Shown here: in pieces, positions 30,083 to 38,592 of the stretch
Layout: every line of letters begins with the position of its first letter
Position numbering within the stretch: position 1 is the first letter of the stretch
IMG/VR virus record: IMGVR_UViG_3300032260_000008
Coordinates: 1-48,288 of that record
From: a virus
Lineage: Duplodnaviria > Caudoviricetes
DNA: 48,288 nucleotides
Direction: 5' to 3' (one strand)
Made by a program: the position numbers and the translations under genes
The notes under the pieces: model-generated
Seen by the model: the letters and a program-made list of their open reading frames with translations, nothing else
Database searches by the model: none
What the model was told of the DNA's origin: nothing

Positions 30083-30392
30083 TGATTTATTAGAGTCAAA
30101 ACCGTCTTCATTAAGTTCAACCGCTATCAGATTGATTAGGGACACTAACGACAATGTTCTGAAATTGGTTGATTCGGTAGGTGTTCTTAAAGGGTCTCAA
30201 GAAGGCTTTGAGAAACAAGTAGGCAGAATTGAAGACCAATTAGGGGAACAGCAGAAAGAACTACAGTCAATTAAAAAGTCAACCCCACCACCGCCAAGGC
30301 CTTTGATAAACTTAACCCCAACGCAGTCTAAAATACTTTTAGGAATTTTGATTGTGATAGCCTCAGGTCTGGGTGTGTCTATTCCGTTTTAA
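30075..30392 (+). CDS. Coiled-coil protein with C-terminal transmembrane helix (holin candidate)
   Basis: Coiled coil, poly-Pro stretch, ILLGILIVIASGLGVSIPF; last gene of the late operon. Confidence 0.45.
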   Translation: MSDDLLESKPSSLSSTAIRLIRDTNDNVLKLVDSVGVLKGSQEGFEKQVGRIEDQLGEQQKELQSIKKSTPPPPRPLINLTPTQSKILLGILIVIASGLGVSIPF

Positions 30393-30402
30393 AACTTTTT
30401 CG

Positions 30403-31473
30403 TTACTCGCTTAAAACTTCGTAAACTTGGTGTATGCCTTGTAGGACCCCTAAGATAAGCGTGTTTGAGCCGTACTCAAGCGCTTCTTCACTGAACACGC
30501 ACATCCTATTGTAGCTCATCCCTTGCGGGTGTTTATTTGTTGCATCATTGTTCCCATAATAATCCAAATTTTTCGTAGCTTCAAAATTACTAACAAAAGG
30601 ATAATTAGCTAACTGGGATTGAATCTCAAGCAACTCATTTAAAGCCTCGAATCTATCGTACAACTCGCTGTATGCTGCGGGGCTTACGACTATGGGAACA
30701 ACGCCACGCTCGGCTAAATAATCAGCCACAGCCATAATATCCAATGCATTTTCTAGATCTTTGCTGTCGTCTTGAGGGTCGATACCATAATACATATTCG
30801 TACCAAAGTAGATAACACCTGTTTGAGCTTTCATTTCATCTATTTCTTGAAGAGCGGGACAATTACCGGTACCTATAGCCCAAGTGGCTGTACGTCCGCC
30901 TTCCGCGCCTAAGCTATCGTGAGTAACAAAATTTTCGCCGTCTACTTCACCCGTTAACATGTAGTCCAAAGATTCTTCAAGATGGTTGTAAGGGGTTAAA
31001 TCTTTTATTCTAGAGAATGAGTATGCGTCATTCACATCTCCATAAGCAAAATTGCAATTGTACATAAAATTATTGTAACCTATGATACCGCCCCCGCCCA
31101 TTATGGAATTACCGAAAAAACTAACTGTGTTGGGCGTACGTTCGAAAGGCATCGCTACTATCTCTCGTATTTTGGCCTTTACGTCGTCCGAAAAATCAGG
31201 CACCCAATAAATACCAGTTTCGTCAATACCTGTGTCGGTATCAGTGTCCAAATCGCCCGTGTCGGTATCAGGGCAACCGGGCGTCAAGTCGCATTCGTTC
31301 CCATACCCATCACTATCGCAATCGTCTTGTGTCGGATTGTAAACACCTTGGCAATTGTCGATTTCGATGCATACGCAAGATTCGTCTGCGATACCATCGC
31401 TATCAATGTCATTTTGTGCAAATACCATTTGAGGAATTAGCACGATTAAAGTCAGTTGGATTAAAAATTTCAT
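30403..31473 (-). CDS. Secreted SGNH/GDSL hydrolase with thrombospondin type-3-like Ca-binding repeats
   Basis: Signal peptide (..QMVFA); DxDxDG/DNC/NPTQ repeat; DT linker; blocks FGNSI, GAEGG, FGTN, KHP; strong AGGAGG SD. Confidence 0.75.
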   Translation of the reverse strand: MKFLIQLTLIVLIPQMVFAQNDIDSDGIADESCVCIEIDNCQGVYNPTQDDCDSDGYGNECDLTPGCPDTDTGDLDTDTDTGIDETGIYWVPDFSDDVKAKIREIVAMPFERTPNTVSFFGNSIMGGGGIIGYNNFMYNCNFAYGDVNDAYSFSRIKDLTPYNHLEESLDYMLTGEVDGENFVTHDSLGAEGGRTATWAIGTGNCPALQEIDEMKAQTGVIYFGTNMYYGIDPQDDSKDLENALDIMAVADYLAERGVVPIVVSPAAYSELYDRFEALNELLEIQSQLANYPFVSNFEATKNLDYYGNNDATNKHPQGMSYNRMCVFSEEALEYGSNTLILGVLQGIHQVYEVLSE

Positions 31474-31495
31474 CTTAGTTGCCCTCCTGTTTTGA

Positions 31496-31524
31496 TTGAC
31501 AAAACAAAGTTGTTTCGATACTGT
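31496..31524 (+). promoter_or_regulatory. Sigma70-type promoter TTGACA-17-TACTGT, antisense to the pol/SGNH operon
   Basis: Consensus -35, 17-bp spacer, TAnnnT -10. Confidence 0.65.
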
Positions 31525-31530
31525 TTAAAA

Positions 31531-31591
31531 AGATTTGACACCATATGAATCCTTTCGGGAAAAGCCTCTTACTTAGTAGGGGGCTTTTTTT
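31531..31591 (+). ncRNA. Predicted ~60-nt antisense RNA
   Basis: Bounded by the above promoter and a plus-strand-specific terminator; no plus-strand gene nearby. Confidence 0.5.
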
Positions 31592-31595
31592 CTTT
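31560..31595 (+). terminator. Intrinsic terminator, plus-strand polarity
   Basis: GCCTCTTAC-TTA-GTAGGGGGC plus T7; two G-U pairs become C-A mismatches on the minus strand. Confidence 0.8.
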
Positions 31596-33321
31596 AGTCT
31601 TTTCTATACCTTTTCCCACGCCAGCCACCAGCGGCTTTAATGGGCCAATTTTTACACCAGTAGGGCATGGTGCCCATAATCCGTTCAATTTCCTCAATTG
31701 ACCCGGTGCCTATTAATACTTCTACGACTATCTCATCATGTACATGTAGTACAATAGTGTAACCTGCTTTATCTAAATTTAGCATGGCATAAGCCAAAAT
31801 GTCTCTAGCCACCGCCTGGGTTACATTCTCACAAAGTTTCCCACCATATGTATTAAGACGCATCCAACCGATGGCACCTTTTTTATAGTCGGAATTCCAA
31901 CCCATGTAGCTGATTTTCCACACAGGCTTTTTACTGTAATTGTCAGTCCCTTGGGTTAACCTTGGTTGATGGTAAACTAAATTTCTACCTGAGGGTAACC
32001 TACAGAACAAAATATCATTTTGAACAAAATATGTTATTGACCTGCAAGAAAAAGAGTAACCCGGATTTAGTATCGCACTTACGGCGGCGCCTTCAAGGCC
32101 AAATAACTCAGGGTCAAAGGCCCAACCATGCGAGCGTCGACGCCATTGGCCGCCCCAAAACTCAACAATAGCTGGGGACTCTTCACGCCATTTTATGATG
32201 GCTTGCTTTAAATCCCATTCATTATCAAAATGATCATCGGCTCCAAAAGCACGCCAAGCGCCAATCCAACCGCCGTATCCTGAGGCAAGCTCGGCTACTT
32301 TGCCGATTTTTTTACGCATGGGATGATGGCTACCCGTTTGCTCTTTATGCCTTATAAACTCTTCAAACGGTATTCCCGTTATTTTTGAGGCGGATTCTTC
32401 ATATATTTTACCATGTGTTCTAAAGACCTCTTGACGCCAGGTTTCCCCAGCTAATTCAGCCAGACAAACGGCTTCGATAGCGCTGAAATCAGAGCATATA
32501 AGTTCGTGGCCATCTGGAGCGCTGAATAAACCTCGCAAACATCCTGATACCGCCGCAACAGCATCTCCATACACAGCTTCTACGAAAGCAAGATTACGTG
32601 TACCGATGACACTTAAGGCTCTTTCAACGGCTTCTATGTTCCAATCATTAATACTGGAAGGACCCTTAGCAGGTAAGTTTTGTGGTTGAGGCCCACGGCC
32701 TGCCCAACGGCCTGTACGATCCGCCCCACAATACGCAAATAGGTCGTGAAGTCTTCCATCATTTGTCAAACGTCTTAAAATTGCGAAAAGTTTTTTAACA
32801 CTTGCCGATCCTAAAGATGCTCTAATTTCTAGTACCCGTCTGCAATGATGTGGTAAATCTTCTTTCTTTAAAGTTTCCTCAACTTCATCGGCTTCCAAGG
32901 AGTCCATAAAAACGCCTTGAGAGCTTAACCACTCGCCTATTTTTTTAACCTGTGATGCACTTGTTATCGCTCCATGAGTCCAACCAATAATTTCACGGTC
33001 GTACTTTGCAGCAGCTTGTTCAATGATAGAGATACAATCATCAAGCCCTTTACGGTCTATGTGAACACCCGTGAAATTTATCTTTTGGTCGAGTAGCCAT
33101 ACCTGATGCTCATACTCACTCAGGGGTGGTATCACTTCGGAAATTTCAGCTTCGGTTATTATGTCCCCTAAGTTGTACTCGTATAGCTTAGCAGCATCCT
33201 CAAATTCTTCAGATGGTAAAATTCTTTTTCTTGGGTCTTTTCTGGATGGATTGTGTGGTTTACTAAACTTGTTTAAAAGCCTCTTACCATCCTCTATTTT
33301 TAAAGTGATATTAGCCTGCAT
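31594..33321 (-). CDS. polA: DNA polymerase family A, C-terminal part (end of exonuclease plus polymerase domain)
   Basis: RTGRWAG, motif A SDFSAIE, motif B RKKIGKVAELASGYGG, ENVTQAVARD, motif C LHVHDE. Confidence 0.93.
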   Translation of the reverse strand: MQANITLKIEDGKRLLNKFSKPHNPSRKDPRKRILPSEEFEDAAKLYEYNLGDIITEAEISEVIPPLSEYEHQVWLLDQKINFTGVHIDRKGLDDCISIIEQAAAKYDREIIGWTHGAITSASQVKKIGEWLSSQGVFMDSLEADEVEETLKKEDLPHHCRRVLEIRASLGSASVKKLFAILRRLTNDGRLHDLFAYCGADRTGRWAGRGPQPQNLPAKGPSSINDWNIEAVERALSVIGTRNLAFVEAVYGDAVAAVSGCLRGLFSAPDGHELICSDFSAIEAVCLAELAGETWRQEVFRTHGKIYEESASKITGIPFEEFIRHKEQTGSHHPMRKKIGKVAELASGYGGWIGAWRAFGADDHFDNEWDLKQAIIKWREESPAIVEFWGGQWRRRSHGWAFDPELFGLEGAAVSAILNPGYSFSCRSITYFVQNDILFCRLPSGRNLVYHQPRLTQGTDNYSKKPVWKISYMGWNSDYKKGAIGWMRLNTYGGKLCENVTQAVARDILAYAMLNLDKAGYTIVLHVHDEIVVEVLIGTGSIEEIERIMGTMPYWCKNWPIKAAGGWRGKRYRKD

Positions 33322-33835
33322 AAAGTGCGCTCATTGAATTGATGGCTTTAGCTGCTTTTTCAAGTTTCCCAGGCAATGCAAACGCTCTTGCTTTTGCCAT
33401 AGCATCCTCAAGCTGAGTGTAAGGTAAGTAAGGCCACCCCATACGTTCATGGCAGACACGTAACCATATCCAAAACTCGAAGGCGCTATTCCATGCCTCT
33501 AAAATACCCCCTCTCAAAATGTAGGTGAGTAAGTCTTCAGGATTGGGACAACCGGGAACCCACAAACGAGGTCCCAATCCATCAAACAAGTTGTATGCTA
33601 AACTTAAAATTTCTGTTGAGGAATGTTCAGCATATTTAGCCGCGCCTATCGCACCTAAACCATGAGGCGGGGATTTCACGATACTTTTCCAACGCCCTTC
33701 AATGGGGTTAGGTAAAGGTACCAATGTTGAGACCCCTCGAAACTTACGTTTGCGCCAAATGATATATTTTTCACTTTTTACGAAAACATATCCAGCTTCA
33801 CTGTACGTCTCAAAGTCAAAAGTTGCGATAGGCAT
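33311..33835 (-). CDS. polA: DNA polymerase family A, N-terminal 3'-5' exonuclease part
   Basis: ExoI DFETYS, ExoII AWNSAFE, DAMAKA..LPGKL; 11-nt overlap with the C-terminal ORF. Confidence 0.88.
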   Translation of the reverse strand: MPIATFDFETYSEAGYVFVKSEKYIIWRKRKFRGVSTLVPLPNPIEGRWKSIVKSPPHGLGAIGAAKYAEHSSTEILSLAYNLFDGLGPRLWVPGCPNPEDLLTYILRGGILEAWNSAFEFWIWLRVCHERMGWPYLPYTQLEDAMAKARAFALPGKLEKAAKAINSMSALYAG

Positions 33836-33852
33836 GCTAAATACTTCCTTGT

Positions 33853-34914
33853 TTAGAACGGGATGTCGTCTGGGATAGCTGCTATTTGTTGTTCAGTCCA
33901 ACCGAAACCTAATAGTTGAGAGTGAGTAAATTGCTTGCCCTCAAGAGCGTATGTTTTCTCCTGAGGTGCAGCACCTTGGGGTTGTAAGTAATCGGTCGCG
34001 GGTGCCGCAGGCATACCAGCGCCCATGGCACCAGATTGAGGTTGTGGAGGCATACCAGCGCCCATGGCACCAGATTGAGGTTGTGGAGGCATACCAGCGC
34101 CCATGGCACCAGATTGAGGTTGTGGAGGCATACCAGCGCCCATGGCGCCAGGTTGAGGTTGTGCAGGCATACCAGCGCCCATGGCGCCAGGTTGAGGTTG
34201 TGGAGGCATACCAGCGCCCATGGCGCCAGGTTGAGGTTGTGGAGGCATACCAGCGCCCATGGCGCCAGGTTGCGCCTGTGGGGCGATTGGTGTAGCGCTC
34301 GCACCTGGTGGTAATTTCGCAGGTTTGCCGCCGAATACTTGGGTAGGATTAGGACCCGTGGCAATTTCCTCACCATAACCCACTAATTCAACCATGGAGA
34401 CATTTAGGAAAAGACCTGGATTCTGGACACTCCCATTGCCTTTGACCGAACCAGATATACGAATGTAATACCCACGCTTTAATTGACTTGGGTCTGTGAT
34501 AGGTGTTTTACCCCCTACGGTGCAAACAGCAGGCGGGAACCCACTAGAGAATCCAACGATCCAACAGCCTGCGAAACCTGGACGGTCACAAGGGCGTACG
34601 CCTTTTTGGTCCGGTTGTTGGCTATCTCCATCGCGTACTTTGAACGAAAATTGAGCGATACAAGCTCCGCTTGCATCAAAAAGATGTGGGAAAGATGCCT
34701 GTGCAGTTTGGTATAGTAACGCATGAAGTGCAGGCCATTCAGGATCGGTTTTAAGGATAGCTATTGCCATGAAATACTCAACCCTAGGCTGTCCGGCATT
34801 GGGACCATTTTTAATCATAAGAGGTCGACCCGTAGCGTCCTTGTCATTTGGTTTGAAAACGTCCCCTTGAACTAAGCGGCCCACGGGTGTTAAAATTGTA
34901 TCGGAATCATTCAT
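33853..34914 (-). CDS. ssDNA-binding protein (DUF2815 / gp2.5-like) with repetitive linker
   Basis: TPVGRLV, VRDGD, GYYIRISG, GLFLN..VELVGYGE; acidic DDIPF C-terminus. Confidence 0.8.
   Translation of the reverse strand: MNDSDTILTPVGRLVQGDVFKPNDKDATGRPLMIKNGPNAGQPRVEYFMAIAILKTDPEWPALHALLYQTAQASFPHLFDASGACIAQFSFKVRDGDSQQPDQKGVRPCDRPGFAGCWIVGFSSGFPPAVCTVGGKTPITDPSQLKRGYYIRISGSVKGNGSVQNPGLFLNVSMVELVGYGEEIATGPNPTQVFGGKPAKLPPGASATPIAPQAQPGAMGAGMPPQPQPGAMGAGMPPQPQPGAMGAGMPAQPQPGAMGAGMPPQPQSGAMGAGMPPQPQSGAMGAGMPPQPQSGAMGAGMPAAPATDYLQPQGAAPQEKTYALEGKQFTHSQLLGFGWTEQQIAAIPDDIPF
34011..34283. repeat. 39-bp tandem repeat x7 encoding PQPQ(P/S)GAMGAGMP
   Basis: Directly visible near-perfect copies, in frame within the SSB. 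Confidence 0.95.
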
Positions 34915-34921
34915 TTTATTT

Positions 34922-36088
34922 CTACTTTCTCCCGAAAATTTTCCGGGCTTTTATATTGGTGTTTTTAACAAGTTTTAGACCTGTTTGTTTTCGTTTAGCT
35001 AAAGACATTACAACATCTTTAGACACGCCCTTAGCCATGGCTTGGGTGGGCGTTAAGACCGCTTTCTTAGCGAGGTCACACCCTAGCAATTGACCCATTC
35101 GGATGACTTCACCCACAGGTTGTGTCCACTCTAAATTACCTACTCCGGGTTCTAAAATATATGTGGTTGCACGTTCACCTTTTTTAATTCGCGCTTTCAT
35201 CTCGGATTGTAAGCCCGTCAAACGGTATTTGATTGTGTCTGCAGCATCTTGAAGTAAACTTAACTCAAGCCCAAGGGCATCAGTGCTTAGGTCATGCGCA
35301 AGAGGTGCTCCTACAAACTCAAGGCTAGCCAATGTTTTTGCGCTAAATGAAGGGCATGCATGACGAGCTTTGCAGTACCTACAGTGTGAGCCTGTGCGCA
35401 AAGATGCATCGGGACCTAAAGCCTCATGTGCGGCCTTTTTCAACTGTTCGAAAAAAGGTTTTAAAGTGAGTACGTCTGTTTCCCAAGTTCGTATAATTCC
35501 TTCTGTGTGATATCCCCTTGGCTGAACTACGGTTATGTTAACCTTTATGCCGTTTTCAAAAGGGTAGGGGCTTATAAGGTCAAGTATACCTGAGACATAA
35601 TTGATCCCCTGCCAGTTCTCAAAGGCCTCTACGAGACCATGACCGTACTTGAAATCCCACAAATGTATTTTACGTTCCACGCCATCATACAACCAAAAAT
35701 CCGGTGTTCCGTAAGAATAAGGATGTATTTTTAAGCATGATATTTTGTTCTCAACATTGAAATTCGGACCCCCATACATGTGTAGTTTTTGCATTACCTC
35801 GTAGATGTCTACTACGTAAGCTAAAGCGGCGTCTATCATCTCCTCTGTGTACACAATTCCTGATGATGATTTAACGAATTGCTTGACAAGTATTTCGGGG
35901 CCATTGCCATTACGTGAAATGGCGTTTAGTAAGTTGGCGCATAGCTCATGCACAGCAGTACCCACTATACTCGCTTCATTTGTATCATCTTCAGGATATT
36001 GGGCTTCCATCAGAGCGGAGCCCGTACACCCATTAAAAGCCCCCCAGACATGAGCAGAAGAGGGGGCTATAATAGAATGATCACTCAT
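34922..36088 (-). CDS. DUF2800 / Cas4-like PD-(D/E)XK exonuclease
   Basis: APSSA..C, GTAVHE, GTPD, DFKYG, CRYC..CP (Fe-S type cysteines). Confidence 0.85.
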   Translation of the reverse strand: MSDHSIIAPSSAHVWGAFNGCTGSALMEAQYPEDDTNEASIVGTAVHELCANLLNAISRNGNGPEILVKQFVKSSSGIVYTEEMIDAALAYVVDIYEVMQKLHMYGGPNFNVENKISCLKIHPYSYGTPDFWLYDGVERKIHLWDFKYGHGLVEAFENWQGINYVSGILDLISPYPFENGIKVNITVVQPRGYHTEGIIRTWETDVLTLKPFFEQLKKAAHEALGPDASLRTGSHCRYCKARHACPSFSAKTLASLEFVGAPLAHDLSTDALGLELSLLQDAADTIKYRLTGLQSEMKARIKKGERATTYILEPGVGNLEWTQPVGEVIRMGQLLGCDLAKKAVLTPTQAMAKGVSKDVVMSLAKRKQTGLKLVKNTNIKARKIFGRK

Positions 36089-36804
36089 GGTATCAGCGCC
36101 ACGATGTGAGGAATCAAACCTGGGTTTGTGGCGGCCATTTGAAGCGAATCGAGCCCTACCATTTTTGCAAGTTCGTTGGATTGTTCAGGGGTGATACCTT
36201 TAGATACTACCAGCCTCATTAAGCCTGGAAAGTCTAAACCTTCAGTTGGGACGGGTTGAGTTTGTACAGGTGGTGGCAATTCCTGTGAGTCCGCCACTGG
36301 TAGAGGTTTTGGTAATTCCTTATTAGCCATAACTGGTTGGACTGCCAGTCGCGCTCTTAATTCGGCTTCTACAGTCGCTACTAGAGAAGGGTCTACTTTA
36401 CGGATTTTTTTCCATTGTTTGGATTTTGCAAGTATCGCTTTACTTGAGGCGTGAATTCTGCCATCCCAGGGTAAACCATCAGAGTCAAGTTCAGGTGGGG
36501 TGACTGGAATCTCTTTAAAAGAGTCCCCTGGTTCAATACCCAGTTTAACGTCTGGGGGTGTAGGGCGCCCTGGATTAGTTGGGATTTCCTCAAAAGGAGT
36601 GCCTAATTGTGCCCCCTCCTCTAAAAACTTATCCATGTCTGGGGACGCTTCACTTCTCATAGCTTCCGGATTGTAGCCGTTTATTTTAGTAGCAGGATAA
36701 CCGCATATGATTTTGGTACTTGAAAGCCCCCCTAATAACTTGATTACTTGGTCTAAACTCTCAGTGTCACTTTTTTCTAAAATCATTCTTACTTCAATTT
36801 TCAT
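36085..36804 (-). CDS. Conserved-type phage hypothetical protein, Pro-rich
   Basis: ELDSDGLPWDGRIHASSK motif; ATG at 36804 has an AAGGAG SD and is preferred over the track start. Confidence 0.7.
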   Translation of the reverse strand: MKIEVRMILEKSDTESLDQVIKLLGGLSSTKIICGYPATKINGYNPEAMRSEASPDMDKFLEEGAQLGTPFEEIPTNPGRPTPPDVKLGIEPGDSFKEIPVTPPELDSDGLPWDGRIHASSKAILAKSKQWKKIRKVDPSLVATVEAELRARLAVQPVMANKELPKPLPVADSQELPPPVQTQPVPTEGLDFPGLMRLVVSKGITPEQSNELAKMVGLDSLQMAATNPGLIPHIVALIP

Positions 36805-36831
36805 TTTTTTCTCCTTGGGAAAAATTTGTTG

Positions 36832-36872
36832 TTGACCTGGGTAACAATAAGGGTTATTGTTCCATCCGTCAA
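36832..36872. promoter_or_regulatory. Overlapping divergent promoters
   Basis: Plus strand TTGACC-17-TATTGT; minus strand TTGACG-17-TATTGT; central AACAATAA-GGG-TTATTGTT palindrome. Confidence 0.75.
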
Positions 36873-36894
36873 TAGTTTTTTGGAGAAAAATATT

Positions 36895-38592
36895 TTGCAA
36901 CTGAGACCATACCAGCAAGACCTTGAAGCGGCTATCTATAGGGACTGGCGCAAAGGTAGTAAAAATGTTTTGGCGGTACTTCCAACGGGTGCGGGTAAAA
37001 CTGTTATTTTTGCTAAAATTCTAGCAGATCATAAAGGGCCTTGTTGCGCTATAGCCCATAGACAAGAGTTAGTTGGTCAAATCTCGCTTGCTTTAGCTAC
37101 ATTAAAAGTACGGCATAGAATAATAGGGCCCTCATCAGTTATAAAATTTGTAGTTAAATTACATATGTCAATTTTAGGACATTCTTTTTACGACCCGAAT
37201 GCGGTTTGTGCAGTGGCGGGGATTGATACCCTTATAAGGAGAAAGCAAGCTCTTTCAACCTGGCTAAATTCCGTAACTCTTTGGGTGCAAGATGAAGCCC
37301 ACCATGTACAGTCATTTAATAAATGGGGTATTGGTTGTTCAATGTTGCCCAACGCTCGGGGGCTGGGTGTAACTGCTACCGCAATAAGGGCAGATGGTAA
37401 GGGCTTAGGACGTTGGAATGACGGTGTTTTTGATAGCATAGTGGTCGGTCCGGAAATGAGATACTTAATAGATGAAGGGTATCTAACTGATTATCGTATC
37501 TTTGCACCCTCAAATGACTTGGATTTATCTCAAGTACAAATATCTAAAACCACAGGGGACTATAGCAAGCCAGGTGTTGTAAAAGCTGTACGAAAATCTA
37601 AAATTGTGGGCAATGCTGTAAACCATTATTTAAAGCATGTGCCTGGTAAATTAGGGGTTACATTCACTACCGATGTCGAAACAGCCCGTGAAGTAGCAGA
37701 AGAATTCAACGCAACTACCCGCGCAGAAGTGGTGAGTCACAAAACAAAAGATTTGGAAAGAACCAATATACTTGACGCATTTAAACGTAGAGATGTTTTA
37801 CAATTGGTCAATGTGGATTTGTTTGGGGAAGGTTTTGACCTACCTGCAATCGAGGTGGCTAGCTTTCTCAGGCCCACAGAATCCTACTCGTTGTACTGCC
37901 AGCAATTTGGAAGGGCACTGAGACTTTTATTAGATGATACTAGCCGTTTCAATATGGATACAAGAGAAGGCCGTTTAGCTGCAATAGCTGCTTCAAGAAA
38001 ACCGCATGCGACAATAATTGACCATGTTGGAAATGTTTTAAGACATGGTTTACCCGATGCGAAAAGAGAGTGGTCTTTAGAACGTAGAGAATCCCGCCGT
38101 AGTAAACCAACCGATGTAATACCCGTCATAACATGCCCTGCGTGTACTGCTGTATACGAACGTACATGCGGGGCATGTCCTTATTGTGGACACTACGCGG
38201 AGCCTGCTGATCGTTCCAAACCTGAGTTTGTGGACGGGGATTTAACAGAATTGGACGCAGCCACACTGCAGGCTATGCGGGGTGAGATAGAGAAAGTAGA
38301 CATGCACCATGAGCAATACCGTGTAGAGTTGGCCGCCAAATATACACCCTACGTTGGCCAACTGGCGCATGTTAAAAGGCATAAAGAGCGTCAAGATGTA
38401 CAAGGGGCGTTACGAACATCTATCGCTTGGTGGGGTGCATATCAACGGTATCAGGGGCGTGCGGATAGTGAGAGTTATAAACGTTTCTATTGGAAATTTG
38501 GGGTTGATGTTATGACAGCCCAAACATTGAGTAAAAAAGATGCCTTAGAATTGGCACAAAAAATAAACTTTTACCTAGGAGAAAACACATGA
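36895..38592 (+). CDS. SF2 DEAD/DEAH helicase with C-terminal Zn ribbon
   Basis: LRPYQ, PTGAGKT, DEAHH, TAT, EGFDLP, QQFGRALR, CPAC/CPYC; TTG start with GGAG SD. Confidence 0.92.
   Translation: MQLRPYQQDLEAAIYRDWRKGSKNVLAVLPTGAGKTVIFAKILADHKGPCCAIAHRQELVGQISLALATLKVRHRIIGPSSVIKFVVKLHMSILGHSFYDPNAVCAVAGIDTLIRRKQALSTWLNSVTLWVQDEAHHVQSFNKWGIGCSMLPNARGLGVTATAIRADGKGLGRWNDGVFDSIVVGPEMRYLIDEGYLTDYRIFAPSNDLDLSQVQISKTTGDYSKPGVVKAVRKSKIVGNAVNHYLKHVPGKLGVTFTTDVETAREVAEEFNATTRAEVVSHKTKDLERTNILDAFKRRDVLQLVNVDLFGEGFDLPAIEVASFLRPTESYSLYCQQFGRALRLLLDDTSRFNMDTREGRLAAIAASRKPHATIIDHVGNVLRHGLPDAKREWSLERRESRRSKPTDVIPVITCPACTAVYERTCGACPYCGHYAEPADRSKPEFVDGDLTELDAATLQAMRGEIEKVDMHHEQYRVELAAKYTPYVGQLAHVKRHKERQDVQGALRTSIAWWGAYQRYQGRADSESYKRFYWKFGVDVMTAQTLSKKDALELAQKINFYLGENT

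Noticed and set aside
33304-33331. dif/Xer-like attP inside the polymerase split
   Set aside because: An 11-6-11 layout can be drawn, but the arms match the XerC/XerD consensus and each other poorly.
33909-34376. Repetitive alternative-frame ORFs and possible CRISPR array
   Set aside because: They are shadows of the 39-bp tandem repeat in the SSB gene. The repeats are contiguous with no unique spacers.
36805-36918. Overlapping N-terminal extensions of the divergent ORFs in the track
   Set aside because: Better starts with SDs exist at 36804 (minus) and 36895 (plus), leaving a promoter-containing gap.
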